Assembly: GCF_022045235.1 (NCBI RefSeq)
Contig: NW_027266285.1
Coordinates: 3,968,001 to 4,032,000, forward strand
From: Haliotis cracherodii
Taxonomy: Eukaryota
DNA: 64,000 nt
Direction of reading: 5' to 3'
This document shows positions 10,935-24,400 of this stretch, one piece after another; the first letter of the stretch is position 1; every line of letters begins with the position of its first letter. Made by a program: the position numbers and the translations under genes. The notes under the pieces were generated by a model that saw only the letters and a program-made list of their open reading frames with translations, did not search any database and was not told the origin of the DNA.

Positions 10935-13900
10935 GTAGATATGATTTGATATTGCGATAAATGGTCCAGACTACTGGACTGCCACATTTTCATTTCTACT
11001 AGAAAGAAAAACACGAAACAAGCAATAGAAGCAGCTCTACTCTAGCCTATATTGATCCAAGCGACGCCTAAGCTATGGGCCAGCACAAAATGTCTGATAG
11101 AGAAAAGTCGCGATCTTCTCAGATGTTTTGGCTGTGTAACTAAAATAAAAGGCCCCAAATAATTTCCGATTCTATACGGAAAACAATAAGCCATATGTTC
11201 ATTTTCAAGTTCCATGATATTTGTATTTGTGTAGTCAACATTCAGCAGGAATGTTCAATGTTTACCACAAAATTTGATACCCATGACATATGATATGCTT
11301 CCGCTTTTGCCATGGAAATTTTTAAACAGGCACTGATCTAAAGCAATTCCTCTGGACTGGTTGTTGCCTTTGTTAATGTTTTTTTCCCTGTGAGTACCCG
11401 GATGATATAGCAGAAATCTAGACTAGTTCGCGACCTGTACTGCACCATTTGTAAGTGCATTAGTCACTTTTATTGATAGTACAAGGGCGTACAGTCACAT
11501 TGATCAGCAAAATGAAATACAGTTTTGGAAATAATATAGAAATTTAGGTATCTTTGTGGGTAGCATCGGTTATGATGACAAAGTTTTGATAAGTCACTTG
11601 CTTGGTAATTGTGCGATTTTCATTTACACTATTTTGACTTTGGGACCCAAATTCTGCAGTTGACCCCACAAAGTAAATATTTCACTTGAGCATTGCTTAA
11701 TTTATAGTGTGTATATTCTTACAGTCAAAATGTTAAAGATTTTCACTTAAGAAATTAAACGCCTAAATATGCAGTTATTTTACAAATTGACTGAAAAATA
11801 TGTCCATCTTTATTATTATGATAATGAATTCCAAACAAATTTATTTTTGATATCATCCCCAAGTGACTGAAAAAGTTAGGATTAAAAGTACATTTCTATA
11901 TTGTTTGGCTTCTAATCCAAGTATAATTAATCTATTGTGATGTTTTTAAGCCCCTTTGAATGTCTTAATCATGTTTAGTCAATCTGTTAAATAAATGGAC
12001 AGATGTTTCAGTTAATTTGTTAAATGACTGAAATATTTAGACATTTTATTAATTAAGTAAGGATAAGAATTTATGGATGAACAACTTCTTTATTACAATT
12101 AAGAGCAGTTAATTTTATTGCCTGAGTGAATCACTTTTTACACATTGACTGTAACATATACATGCTTACAAAGGAAAAGACATGTGAAAACAACGTCTAT
12201 CGCGCATCGAAGAAATTCCCAACCAAGACGTAGAGGAACAAGAATGATTCTGTTCAATGCTACAGCAAATAACTGAAAACCAAATGCAAATGTCATAATT
12301 GCAAACCTACCAAAGTTACATATATAACTTTAGCCAGCTACGGTGTTCGAGGAATGTATCCATGAATATCCACATAAAGGAACAATATCCCATACGTCTG
12401 CAGCTGTACAAAGAAACTTATTCGATATCACATGTCTCTGTAACAATCAACTATTTTAAAATATATATAGCGTTTCGGGATATTCTTACATGTGTTCGTT
12501 TCTCCACTGTTCATTTAGTTTGTTTCAGTTCTTTCACATAGGTGTCAGGTCTCAAAGGTCAGCTGAGAAGGTCCACGTGAGAACTATTTTCATAATGTCC
12601 ACGGTTCTTAAACGAATCCATTGAGTTAGATAACAATGAGCAATCAATCAACGTATCAAAGTATAGTCAAGTCCTGTTAATCGACCATGGTTGGTTGCAT
12701 ATAAGATTGTGTCGGATGAATGAGTATGTTGGATAAACATAATTAAGATTACCATGGAGTACGCTGATCACTGTGTCAGATTAACGAGACTGATTAATGA
12801 GTGATTTCGGTAATTCGTTGCAGATTAGGTGTGTCGGAGTGGGAGTGCGAGACTGTCGGATTGATGGGTCTAAATAGCACTGATTTAATCGGTTCCCATC
12901 ATTAGTGTCAGATACAGCTGAATATCGGTTAAACGAGTGTCTGACTATATGTACTTTTTACATCGGCACTTCACGCCATGATATGAGTGCATTCCGTCTG
13001 CTTTAGTAAACCTACACATGTAAACACTTACTTTTGACATATCCACTGTGCAAGATAACAGTGATTAATCAATCAACATATTTACTGTTGATCCTTGATG
13101 GCTAGGAATGATCTGTTAATTTACAGAAAGTAAATCAACTGATCATTCATCTCTTGCTGGGCTGCCATGTGCATATCACATAACACACATTTCACCTCAT
13201 TTCAAACCTGGATTTAGATTGAATGATTAACCCAGACACAAGAAATGCCAAATGGGAACCTTTATCAGATAATCTGAGTGGTGCTACCACTAATTATACC
13301 TGTAATAAATTCATTAACAGAGCATCAATTGAATGACGACAAATATACAAGTGTAGGGTTATACCAGAAAACATGGATGACAACAAAGGAGTAGTAATCA
13401 TATTATCCACGCAACCCGAAAATGATTTCTCTGCAGGGATACTTTTTTTATATTACTAAACTATAACCTATAACCCTATATTTGGGTATTTCCAAATAAC
13501 GACACCAAATAACGACATTCGATGACCTTCCATCGTTCTTTTTATCTGTTTGTTTAGAATGATGAAATTAATTAACATGCGCCCTTTGTCGAAATCTTCA
13601 TAGATCACGGGTAACCAGTCAGTATTAAAAAATGTGTTAAACAAGTATTGCCTCCAAGTTTAGCTGGACTTGCAGACGGCAGCCCAGTCTCTTGTCATGC
13701 TCAGTTGCGTTAGCTAGCAAATCAAATAACGGCAGCTAGTGAGCCCTGGCAGGCAGTGTTAGACAGCCGGGAAGAAGCCAGAGATTAGTGCCCCTTTAAG
13801 TCCAGTACTCCTGAATATGTTTTGTTTAGTCTATTTGGCGAACGATTACTGAGAAAATGTCAACGAGAGATTTCTGTTTTACTGGAGCCACTGTATAACA

Positions 13901-16900
13901 CTAATTAATATGAAATAGGTGAAACCTCACTATGCAACCCTACATGTAATAGAGATCTTGCTTCCAAGCCTACATGTAATAGAGATATGGCTTCCAAGCC
14001 TACATGTACCATATTTTCTTGAGTATAGTGCGCACCCATGTATAATGCGCACCCCCCTCTAGCGGGTTTAATATTTTGGAAAAAAAAGAAATTTGAATAT
14101 TATGCGCAGAAAAAAATTACACCGTACCCTTTCAGCGAAGTCCGGCAAACGGATGGGTGATGAGAAACTTCGTCAGTATAAATTTGAAATTTGAGATAAA
14201 AAATCACCAGACATGTTTATTTACCGATTAAATAGTATTTATTGTTCTGCTATGCATTGTTTTATATCTAGGGATTAAGATTACCTTGTGCATTTTCTCG
14301 TAAACTAAGCCTGAAACGGCAATCAGCTGTACACACGTTTTCTTGGTCAAGACACACCCGATGATATAACTTTATAAGATTTTTAATGCAAGGATCGGCA
14401 ACATTTGTATCTGAAACTAATTTTTTTTATCAGGAATGATATATTCCATTATTTTCTTAATTATATGCAGCCTTTACTTAACATATTTAAAATAATAATA
14501 ACCCTAAGCGAAGCAGCTGATCGCTATTCCCGGGTATTATTTTTTACATGGAACCAGTCTGACCAGTCACCGTCAAGGCTCACGCGCACGTGATCGCGTG
14601 ATCGCGAGAATTTCATGTTGACATAGAACCGTCAAACAAAAACAAATATGACTTTTAACGAATCAAAGTATGTCATTTATGATATATGTATCCATTCTCT
14701 GTCAACTAAAGTTCGTTTCAAGGCGTCAATAGCAGTATTCTGACCATGGTTGCCGTTAATAACGGTGAGTTTTGTGATATTTCGATCACTTCTCACACGA
14801 TTTCGCCGAAATTAATAAAAACAATATCAAAAAGAATTTTGAATAAAATTAAGGAAATAAGTTACAAACATAAGTCCAGATATACAAAGAACACTTTTTA
14901 TAGCCAGACAGTGTAATTACATGATTATTTTGCGTACTTCAGTATGGATTTGTTGACATGGTATTTCCGGTGTTTCGTGCTCACGGTAATGTCTTTCCAT
15001 GGGAGGAAAAAACATCCAAACTCATAATTCGTGTATAATGCGCACCCCCTTCTACACAGCTGTGTTTTTTCGAAAAAAAGTGCGCATTATACTCAAGAAA
15101 ATACGGTAATAAAGATCTTGTGTCCAACCCTACATGTAATAGAGATCTTGTGTCCAACCCTACATATAATAGAGATCTTGCATCCAACCCTACATGTAAT
15201 AGAGATCTTGCTTCCAACCCTACATGTAATAGAGATCTTGTTTCCAACCCTACATGTAATAGAGATCTTGCGTCCAACCCTATATGTAATAGAGATCTTG
15301 CGTCCAACCCTACATGTAATAGAGATCTTGCATCCAACCCTATATGTAATAGAGATCTTGTATCCAACCCTACATGTAATAGAGATCTTGCGTCCAACCC
15401 TACATGTAATAGAGATCTTGTGTCCAACCATACATGTAATAGAGATCTTGCTTCCAACCATACATGTAATAGAGATCTTGCAACCAACCCTACATGTAAT
15501 AGAGATCTTGCTTCCAACCATACATGTAATAGAGATCTTGTTTCCAACCCTACATGTAATAGAGATCTTGCTTCCAACCCTATATGTAATAGAGATCTTG
15601 CGTCCAACCCTACATGTAATAGAGATCTTGCATCCAACCCTATATGTAATAGATATCTTGCTTCCAACCATACATGTAATAGAGATCTTGCTTCCAACCC
15701 TATATGTAATAGAGATCTTGCTTCCAACCATACATGTAATTGTGATCTTGCGTCCGACCCTACATGTAATAGATATCTTGCTTCCAACCATACATGTAAT
15801 AGAGATCTTGCTTCCAACCCTATATGTAATAGAGATCTTGCTTCCAACCCTACATGTAATAGAGATCTTGCGTCCAACCATACATGTAATAGAGATCTTG
15901 CTGCCAACCATACATATAATAGAATGAACTATTAAAGGATATCACACATCAGGATTGTGAGGGAATATACAAGATTTGATCTTGTTACATATCAAGGCAC
16001 CAATTTATCTTTGTGCTTGGTATATCCACAAATAACAAGAATGTGTTGTGTCTAGACAAATATATACAACCTTAGTATTTTATCATTGAAAATTTATTAA
16101 TTACTTAATCATGTTGGTTTATCAACACCTGCATAACTGTTTATTCAGGTTTTGTGTGGCAGACTGAAATTGAACATGATTGAACATTAGGATAGTGTGG
16201 GCAGGGATGATAGATTCCCCTGAAAATTAGAACAAGAAGAAAAACAACATGAAAAATAAATCAAAAGAAAAAATATTTTAGTTTAAGACTCAATAAAAAA
16301 TATGAGTTTTTATAGAAAATAGTTATAATTGACCATGGTCACTAAGTACATTCTAAAAATGTATTAAAGTCATACAGGTGAAATAGGGTTTAGGATTATT
16401 GAATTCATATAGCAACATGCATGTGTGTATGTCTGCCTGTACTAGTCTCCACTTATGGTAGTTTTATTTTATAGTGCCAGCCCACTGAGATACCATGCCA
16501 CGGTTTAACATGGATAACCCACTCAGACACAGTATAATGACTCTGAACCAACCAGTCTTTATCTTGTCAACCAACCTTCCATTATCCAGGCAGATGCTGT
16601 ATCACTAGGTGGTCTAATTTCATACAGAAAAACAGACATAATAAATGTAAAAACAATGAAAGAAAACAGAACCAATAAGGAGGATTCTAGCATGAATTTG
16701 AAATTTACTCGATTCTGATTGGTCAATCAGAGGCTATTAAATCACAATAAACCCCCTCTGATTGAAACAGCTGGTTTGACGGCCGCATCACCGCGGAAGC
16801 TAAAATTGATAGAATAGTACTATTTTCAGTAATTGTCGCACATTTAAATAATTATATCTACAATTACTGGTTACAAAATGCACAGATGCGGTTACTACAA

Positions 16901-18435
16901 TATTCAAAGGATGTGTGGCAATACATTTCGTGCAGAAAAATACGACAGAAGTCAACAAAGGGAATGTATTTACGTTTTGGAGACAACAGAGAGCTTGGAA
17001 TTTTGGCGCTTTTCTATATACGACTGTGACGTCATATCTTTTGCGTCACAATGAGTGATATGACGTCATAATGGTGACGTGCGATGTAGAGCGAAAGCCT
17101 TGCAAAGCTTTCTTTGTTTTCTTTAGGGATGCCCACCTCATGTTAGCTTACCAAGTTGCCGTGATTATATACTTTCAATGCCTGTCATATGTTCGAGCGA
17201 AGTATTACGGTGTAAACAAACTGCTTGCGTATATACAGCACCATATTTTGTTTGGTGATTCCGCAATTCAGATCGATAACCCACTCAAAACACTGAACTC
17301 AACCCATGCCGCGTCACTCAGTATACTTGCTAACACCAAAGAGTTCACATTTTATTTAGTCATGGTAGAATGGAGATAAACATACTGTGTTTTCAATGTA
17401 GAGCTAGGTTACCTGTAGATTTAACCGTGCTAAATTTAACATTTGAAACCTCATGCTGCGCGTTCGGTTCCAAATTCAATTTAGCAGGGTTAAATCTACA
17501 GGTAACCTAGCTCTACATTGAAAACACAGTATGTTTATCTCCTAAATGACTTAATTATCAGTGTTTCCATTTTCTGGTATTGATATGGCTTGACTGGTAA
17601 GTGTAAGGGCAGTCCTTGTCAAGTAGAAATGGTGTAGAAATGTTCTCTTGTAAGCGACAACAGACAACTGAAGTATACATTCTTTCAGTTAGACATAAGT
17701 GTATATAATGGTTCAACAAAAATATGTATTGTGAAAATGAAATACCATGCAGTGATTTCTGGTCTTGAATAGATATTGACGAGACAGATTAAGTATAGTC
17801 ATTTATGGCTTCAATGTCATCAGGGTGGTCTCGCCAAGCACTATTACCTCATCATTTAGGATAGGTCAAATACACTGTGATAATACTATGCCCACATTAT
17901 CTCGTATGTGACATGATTCAAGATTATGGTGCCATCTAACAGCAGACATAAGCTGACCTCAGTTTGATAATAAAGGTAAAAAACAATTGTTGTTAAATAT
18001 ATGTGAAACTGACGGGGAACGTCATGTCCAGTATTTGCTTGTGAAGTCTGTCCCTATGACTGGAAGATATTAATCCCACCAGAAACACTGGCTCTACAGT
18101 ATTGTTTAGAATGCACTGAAGGAAAGTAAGGATAAACTATTATTGTTCTAGTGTATTTAAGCATTATTAATAATTTCTAATATCTTGTGATTTTTCAGGA
18201 AGTGGATGGAAGTAAAAGTTCAATGGAGATAATATTCTCGGAAGAACATGATCGATGGACGGATGCTGTGAAGTATGTGTGCTCCACTGCCTTCCTTCAC
18301 TGTCGGAATTACCAGTATTATTGTAACACTTATATTTCGCGTTTAATAATTCGTATCACAGGAAATGACAAAATATAAAATCAAATCATATGATCCTTTT
18401 AATCATGTTATTAAGAATGTTTTCTACCATAGGGA

Positions 18436-18466
<31 letters not shown>

Positions 18467-21400
18467 ATACTACAATAACATATTCTTTATGTAAAACAAG
18501 ACTTTGTACATAAAACAAGACAAGTACATGTTGTAATTATTGCAATACTTGATATAAGCCATAAATTAATAAACAGAATAATATAATATGTATAACATGT
18601 AATGTATAATATATCCAAATGTTATCAGCAATGTCAAGAATCTCGTAATTGGTAACAACAAACAGAAATCAAATGTCATTGAACATGGAGTCATACCAAG
18701 GTGAGTGGGAAACAGTGGAAGCTGGGGAACCTTTGTGTGTTTTATTCGTATTGCCACATATGCTATTTTAGTAAATATTTTTATTGCCACATATGCTATT
18801 TTAGTAAATATTCTTATTGCCACATATGCTATTTTAGTAAATATTCTTATTGCCACATATGCTATTGTAGTAAATATTCTTATTGCCACATATGCTATTT
18901 TAGTAAATATTCTTATTGCCACATGTGCTATTTTAGTAAATATTTTTATTGCCACATATGCTATTTTAGTAAATATTCTTATTGCCACATATGCTATTTT
19001 AGTAAATATTCTTATTGCCACATATGCTATTTTAGTAAATATTCTTATTGCCACATGTGCTATTTTAGTAAATATTCTTATTGCCACATATGCTATTTTA
19101 GTAAATATTCTTATTGCCACATGTGCTATTTTAGTAAATATTTTTATTGCCACATATGCTATTTTAGTAAATATTCTTATTGCCACATATGCTATTTTAG
19201 TAAATATTCTTATTGCCACATATGCTATTTTAGTAAATATTTTTATTGCCACATATGCTATTTTAGTAAATATTCTTATTGCCACATATGCTATTTTAGT
19301 AAATATTCTTATTGCCACATATGCTATTTTAGTAAATATTCTTATTGCCACATATGCTATTTTAGTAAATATTCTTATTGCCACATGTGCTATTTTAGTA
19401 AATATTTTTATTGCCACATATGCTATTTTAGTAAATATTCTTATTGCCACATATGCTATTTTAGTAAATATTCTTATTGCCATATGTCTTATTTTAAAAT
19501 TATTGGTACATGTACTATGATTATAAATGTTTTCCTGTGGCAGACTGCTGCAATGGATGATCAATGAAGCATCTCCAATTGAGCTCCGTACAGAGTGTGC
19601 AGTAGTGCTGGGGAGTTTAGCGAAGGGCACTGATGAGAACATCTCAGCTTTGGTGGAGGCAGGCTGCGTCTCTGTCTTGTTGAAAGGTTGTAGCAGGAAT
19701 ACAATAATGTTCTATCATGTCTGTCATGTTAATACCTAGACTGACTTGACAGCCATTGTATATTACCATCAGAAGTCTGGTCAGTTCTGTGAAAGTAAAT
19801 TGTTACCAGGGAGAGATATGGGTTTTATCCACTAGTCCACAGCTCATTACTGAATCTGATTCTCACTCATCTTGGACTAGCGTACTAGTGCGTGTGTGTA
19901 ACGCAGTGTAACCATGGTTACACATCAAACTTCATATGTTTGAGTTTACCACTTGCTTCAGCTGGCTTTGTTTCTTATAGGTTTGTCCAACCACAATCTG
20001 AAGTATGTTGAGGCTTGTCTTAGATGCTTGAGAACAATCTTCCTGTGCAATAAAGCTGCCATAGAGCTAGTCTACCAGGTATGTGGAAACAAACAAAGTC
20101 ATTCATTGTAACGCTCATGTTTTTCAAAACAACATGCCATTAATATAGCTATTAGTGACTAAACTTTGTTCTAAGTTTAGGATCAGTGTTAAGTAGCCAG
20201 TATGATCTGATGTTCTAGTGTATCCTTTCAGTGTATTTCCGCAGGAGGTAAAACAAGTAATTCATAAACACATGCTGTTTTGTGTTGACCAGTCGTCTGG
20301 TACATTGCATGGTGTAATATCTTGATCTAGTGTCAGGTCTGTTGTGCTGATCTAGTGTCTGTTATGTAGTGTTGATCTGTAGTGTCTGGTATGTAGTGAT
20401 GACCTAGTGTCTGGTATGTATGTACTGTTGATCTAGTGTCTGGTACGTAGTGTTGATCTGTAGTGTCTGGTATGAAGTGTTGACCTGTAGTGTCTGGTAT
20501 GTAGTGATGACCTAGTGTCTGATATGTAGTGTTGATCTAGTGTCTGGTATGTAGTGTTGATCTAGTGTCTGGTATGTAGTGTTGATCTAGTGTCTGGTAT
20601 GTAGTGTTGATCTAGTGTCTGGTATGAAGTGTTGACCTGTACTGTCTGGTATGAAGTGTTGACCTGTAGTGTCTGGTATGAAGTGACAGTCTAGTATGTA
20701 GCGTGTTGACCTAGTGTCTGGTATGAAGTGTCTGGTATGTAGTGTGTTGACCTAGTGTCTGGTATGTAGTGTTGACCTAGTGTCTGGTATGAAGTGTTTG
20801 GTATGTAGTGTGTGACCTAGTGTCTGGTATGTAGTGTTGACCTAGTGTCTGGTATGGAGTGTTAACCTAGAGTTTTGGATGTAGTTTTGATCTAGTGTCT
20901 GGTATGTAGTGTAGATCTAGTGTCTGGTATGGAGTGTCTGGTATGTAGTGTGTTGACCTAGTGTCTGGTATGTAGTGTTGACCTCTAGTGTCTGGTGTGA
21001 AGTGTCTGGTATGAAGTGTTGACCTAGTGTCTGGTATGTAGTGTTGACCTGTAGTGTCTGGTGTGAAGTGTCTGGTATGTAGTGTTAACCTAGTGTCTGG
21101 TATGTAGTGTTGAGCTAGTGTCTGGTATGTCGTGTTGATCTAGTGTCTGGTATGAAGTGTTGCGCTAGTGTCTGGTATGTCATGTTGATCTAGTGTCTGG
21201 TATGTAGTGTTGAGCTAGTGTCTGGTATGTCGTGTTGATCTAGTGTCTGGTATGTAGTGTTGAGCTAGTGTCTGGTATGTCGTGTTGATCTAGTGTCTGG
21301 TATGTAGTGTTGAGCTAGTGTCTGGTATGTCGTGTTGATCTAGTGTCTGGTATGTAGTGTTGAGCTAGTGTCTGGTATGTCGTGTTGATCTAGTGTCTGG

Positions 21401-24400
21401 TATGTAGTGTTGAGCTAGTGTCTGGTATGTCGTGTTGATCTAGTGTCTGGTATGTAGTGTTGACCTGTAGTGTCTGGTATGTAGTGATGACCTAGTGTCT
21501 GGTATGTAGTGTTGATCTAGTGTCTGGTATGTAGTGTTGATCTAGTGTCTGGTATGAAGTGTTGCGCTAGTGTCTGGTATGTCGTGTTGATCTAGTGTCT
21601 GGTATGAAGTGTTGCGCTAGTGTCTGGTATGTCATGTTGATCTAGTGTCTGGTATGTAGTGTTGAGCTAGTGTCTGGTATGTCGTGTTGATCTAGTGTCT
21701 GGTATGTAGTGTTGAGCTAGTGTCTGGTATGTCGTGTTGATCTAGTGTCTGGTATGTAGTGTTGAGCTAGTGTCTGGTATGTCGTGTTGATCTAGTGTCT
21801 GGTATGTAGTGTTGAGCTAGTGTCTGGTATGTAGTGTTGATCTAGTGTCTGGTATGTAGTGTTGATCTAGTGTCTGGTATGTAGTGTTGATCTAGTGTCT
21901 GGTATGAAGTGTTGACCTGTACTGTCTGGTATGAAGTGTTGACCTGTATTGTCTGGTATGAAGTGACAGTCTGGTATGTAGTGTGTTGACCTAGTGTCTG
22001 GTATGAAGTGTCTGGTATGTAGTGTGTTGACCTAGTGTCTGGTATGAAGTGTCTGGTATGTAGTGTGTTGACCTAGTGTCTGGTATGTAGTGTTGACCTA
22101 GTGTCTGGTATGAAGTGTTTGGTATGTAGTGTGTGACCTAGCGTCTGGTATGTAGTGTTGATCTAGTGTCTGGTATGTAGTGTTGACCTGGTGTCTCGTA
22201 TGTCGTGTTGATCTAGTGTCTGGTATGTAGTGTTGACCTAGTGTCTCGTATGTCGTGTTGATCTAGTGTCTGGTATGTCGTGTTGATCTAGTGTCTGGTA
22301 TGTAGTGTTGATCTAGTGTCTGGTATGTAGTGTTGATCTAGTGTCTGGTATGAAGTGTTGATCTAATGTCTGGTATGTAGTGTTGACCTAGTGTCTCGTA
22401 GGGGGCACGGGTGGCCCATTCGTCTAAGGCGCCGCGATTCGCTGTGCAGAGTTGCGTTCCTTGGGTGCGCCAGAAACCTATGATTGTGGGTTCGAATCCC
22501 GGTTCGCCCCGATTATGTTTCTAGGTTTGTCAGCACCATACCCGTGCTCGTGGGTTTCACCGAAGTGGTTAACGCCTGAGACCTGCATCACTTCGGGCTT
22601 TCCTCCCACATTAAGCTGACACGCCGCGATATAACTGGAATACTGTTAAAAGCGGCGTAAAACCCAACTCACTCACTCACACTAGTGTCTGGTATGAAGT
22701 GTTGACCTGTAGTGTCTGGTGTGAAGTGTCTGGTATGTAGTGTTAACCTAGTGTCTGGTATGTAGTGTTAACCTAGTGTCTGGTATGTAGTGTTGACCTA
22801 GTGTCTGGTATGGAGTGTTAACCTAGAGTCTTGGATGTAGTGTTGATCTAGTGTCTGGTATGGAGTGTTGATCTAGTGTCTGGTTTCTGTAATCTAGTGT
22901 GTGGTAAACTGTATGAAATGTTGACCTAGTGTGTGGTTTCTTCCTCAGGATGCCACCATCATTCCCCACCTCATCAACATCATTTCCAAGTCTGTCTGTA
23001 CACAGGAGTGCATCACCACCATCTTTGCTAACTGCTGCAAGGTAATCATCTTTTGTTGGGGCTTTGATAAATTTTGAATACATTAGTGTATGATGCATTG
23101 TATTACATGAACTTAGATCTTCATAACACTAATGTTCCTGCCAATGTCCCCACCCATGGGAGTGCACACCTATCAATACTCTCCCACTTCATTATGAAGC
23201 TAGGCCACCATAGTAAGTGATGAATTGTACCTTTTCCCCTGAATAGTATTTGAAGTATTGGGGCTGTATTTATCAACAGAACTAAGTACGGCCTTGATTC
23301 CTAAAGTATGACTTAGTGTAAACTATAAGTCCTCATCGCATGCCAGACATACTTACCTCCAAGACTGTTGTTGTGCCACTTGTTTTATCAGACACCAGAC
23401 CATCAAGACATGCTGTGTAAGAATGGAGCTATAGCAGCCCTGGCCCCTCTCCTCGGCTCTGACATATACAAGGTAGGACTTCCCACCTTGCACTAGGCGT
23501 GTACTCTTTGTATTGTCTCTCTAATTTTATCCCCCCGACATATAATGACGGGGGATATAGCCATCAGTATGTCTGTCCGTCCGTCCGTCCGTCTGTCTGT
23601 CTGTCCGTGTAGTAGTGCTTTCTAGAGATTTTTTTAATTTTTTGTTGTTGTCGTTTCCATGAAAATATGATGAACTTAGGAAATTTTGAGGGTACTGCTC
23701 TTGTCCAGAGTATATTTCCTAAACCGTACAACCTAGCTTCCCAAAACTTGGTACACTTACCAATCAGGCTCAGTAGTAGTGCCTTTTGCTATTTAGAGAT
23801 TTTTAGAATTTTATATTTTTGTCGTTTCCATGAAAATATGATGAACTTAGGAAATTTTGAGGGTACTGCTCTTGTCCAGAGCATATTTCCTAAACCGTAC
23901 AACCTAGCTTCCCAAAACTTGGTACACTTACCAATCAGGCTCAGTAGTAGTGCCTTTTGCTATTTAGAGATTTTTAGAATTTTATATTTTTGTCGTTTCC
24001 ATGAAAATATGATGAACTTAGGAAATTTGAGGGTAGTGCTCTTGTCTGGAGCATATGTCCTAAACCGTACAACCTAGCTTCCCAAAACTTGGTACACTTA
24101 ACAATCAGGCTCAGTAGAAGTTCCTTTTGCTATTAAGAGATTTTTAGAATTTTATATTTTTGTCGTTTCCATGGAAATATTATGAACTTAGGAAATTTGA
24201 GGGTAGTGCTCTTGTCCAGAGTATATTTTCTAAACCGTACAACCTAGCTTCCCAAAACTTGGTACACTTAACAATCAGGCTCAGTAGAAGTGCCTTTTGC
24301 TATTTAGAGATTTTTAGAATTTTATATTTTTGTCGTTTCCATGGAAATATGATGAACTTAGGAAATTTGAGGGTAGTGCTCTTGTCTGGAGCATATGTCC

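Noticed and set aside
10670-10960. 96-aa ORF in the promoter as the ARMC8 N-terminus
   Set aside because: AT-rich with no ARMC8 similarity; the short MIPSNM exon in another frame fits splice phase better.
14981-19642. LRR-like, Cys-rich or hydrophobic repeat ORFs
   Set aside because: 30-bp and 33-bp units are multiples of 3 and open on both strands; satellite artefacts.
20322-22935. CRISPR-like appearance of short regular repeats
   Set aside because: Contiguous tandem units with no unique spacers and no cas genes, in a spliceosomal-intron context.
23349-23358. ATACTTACCT, the U1 snRNA 5' end
   Set aside because: Only 10 nt match, with no downstream U1 sequence.
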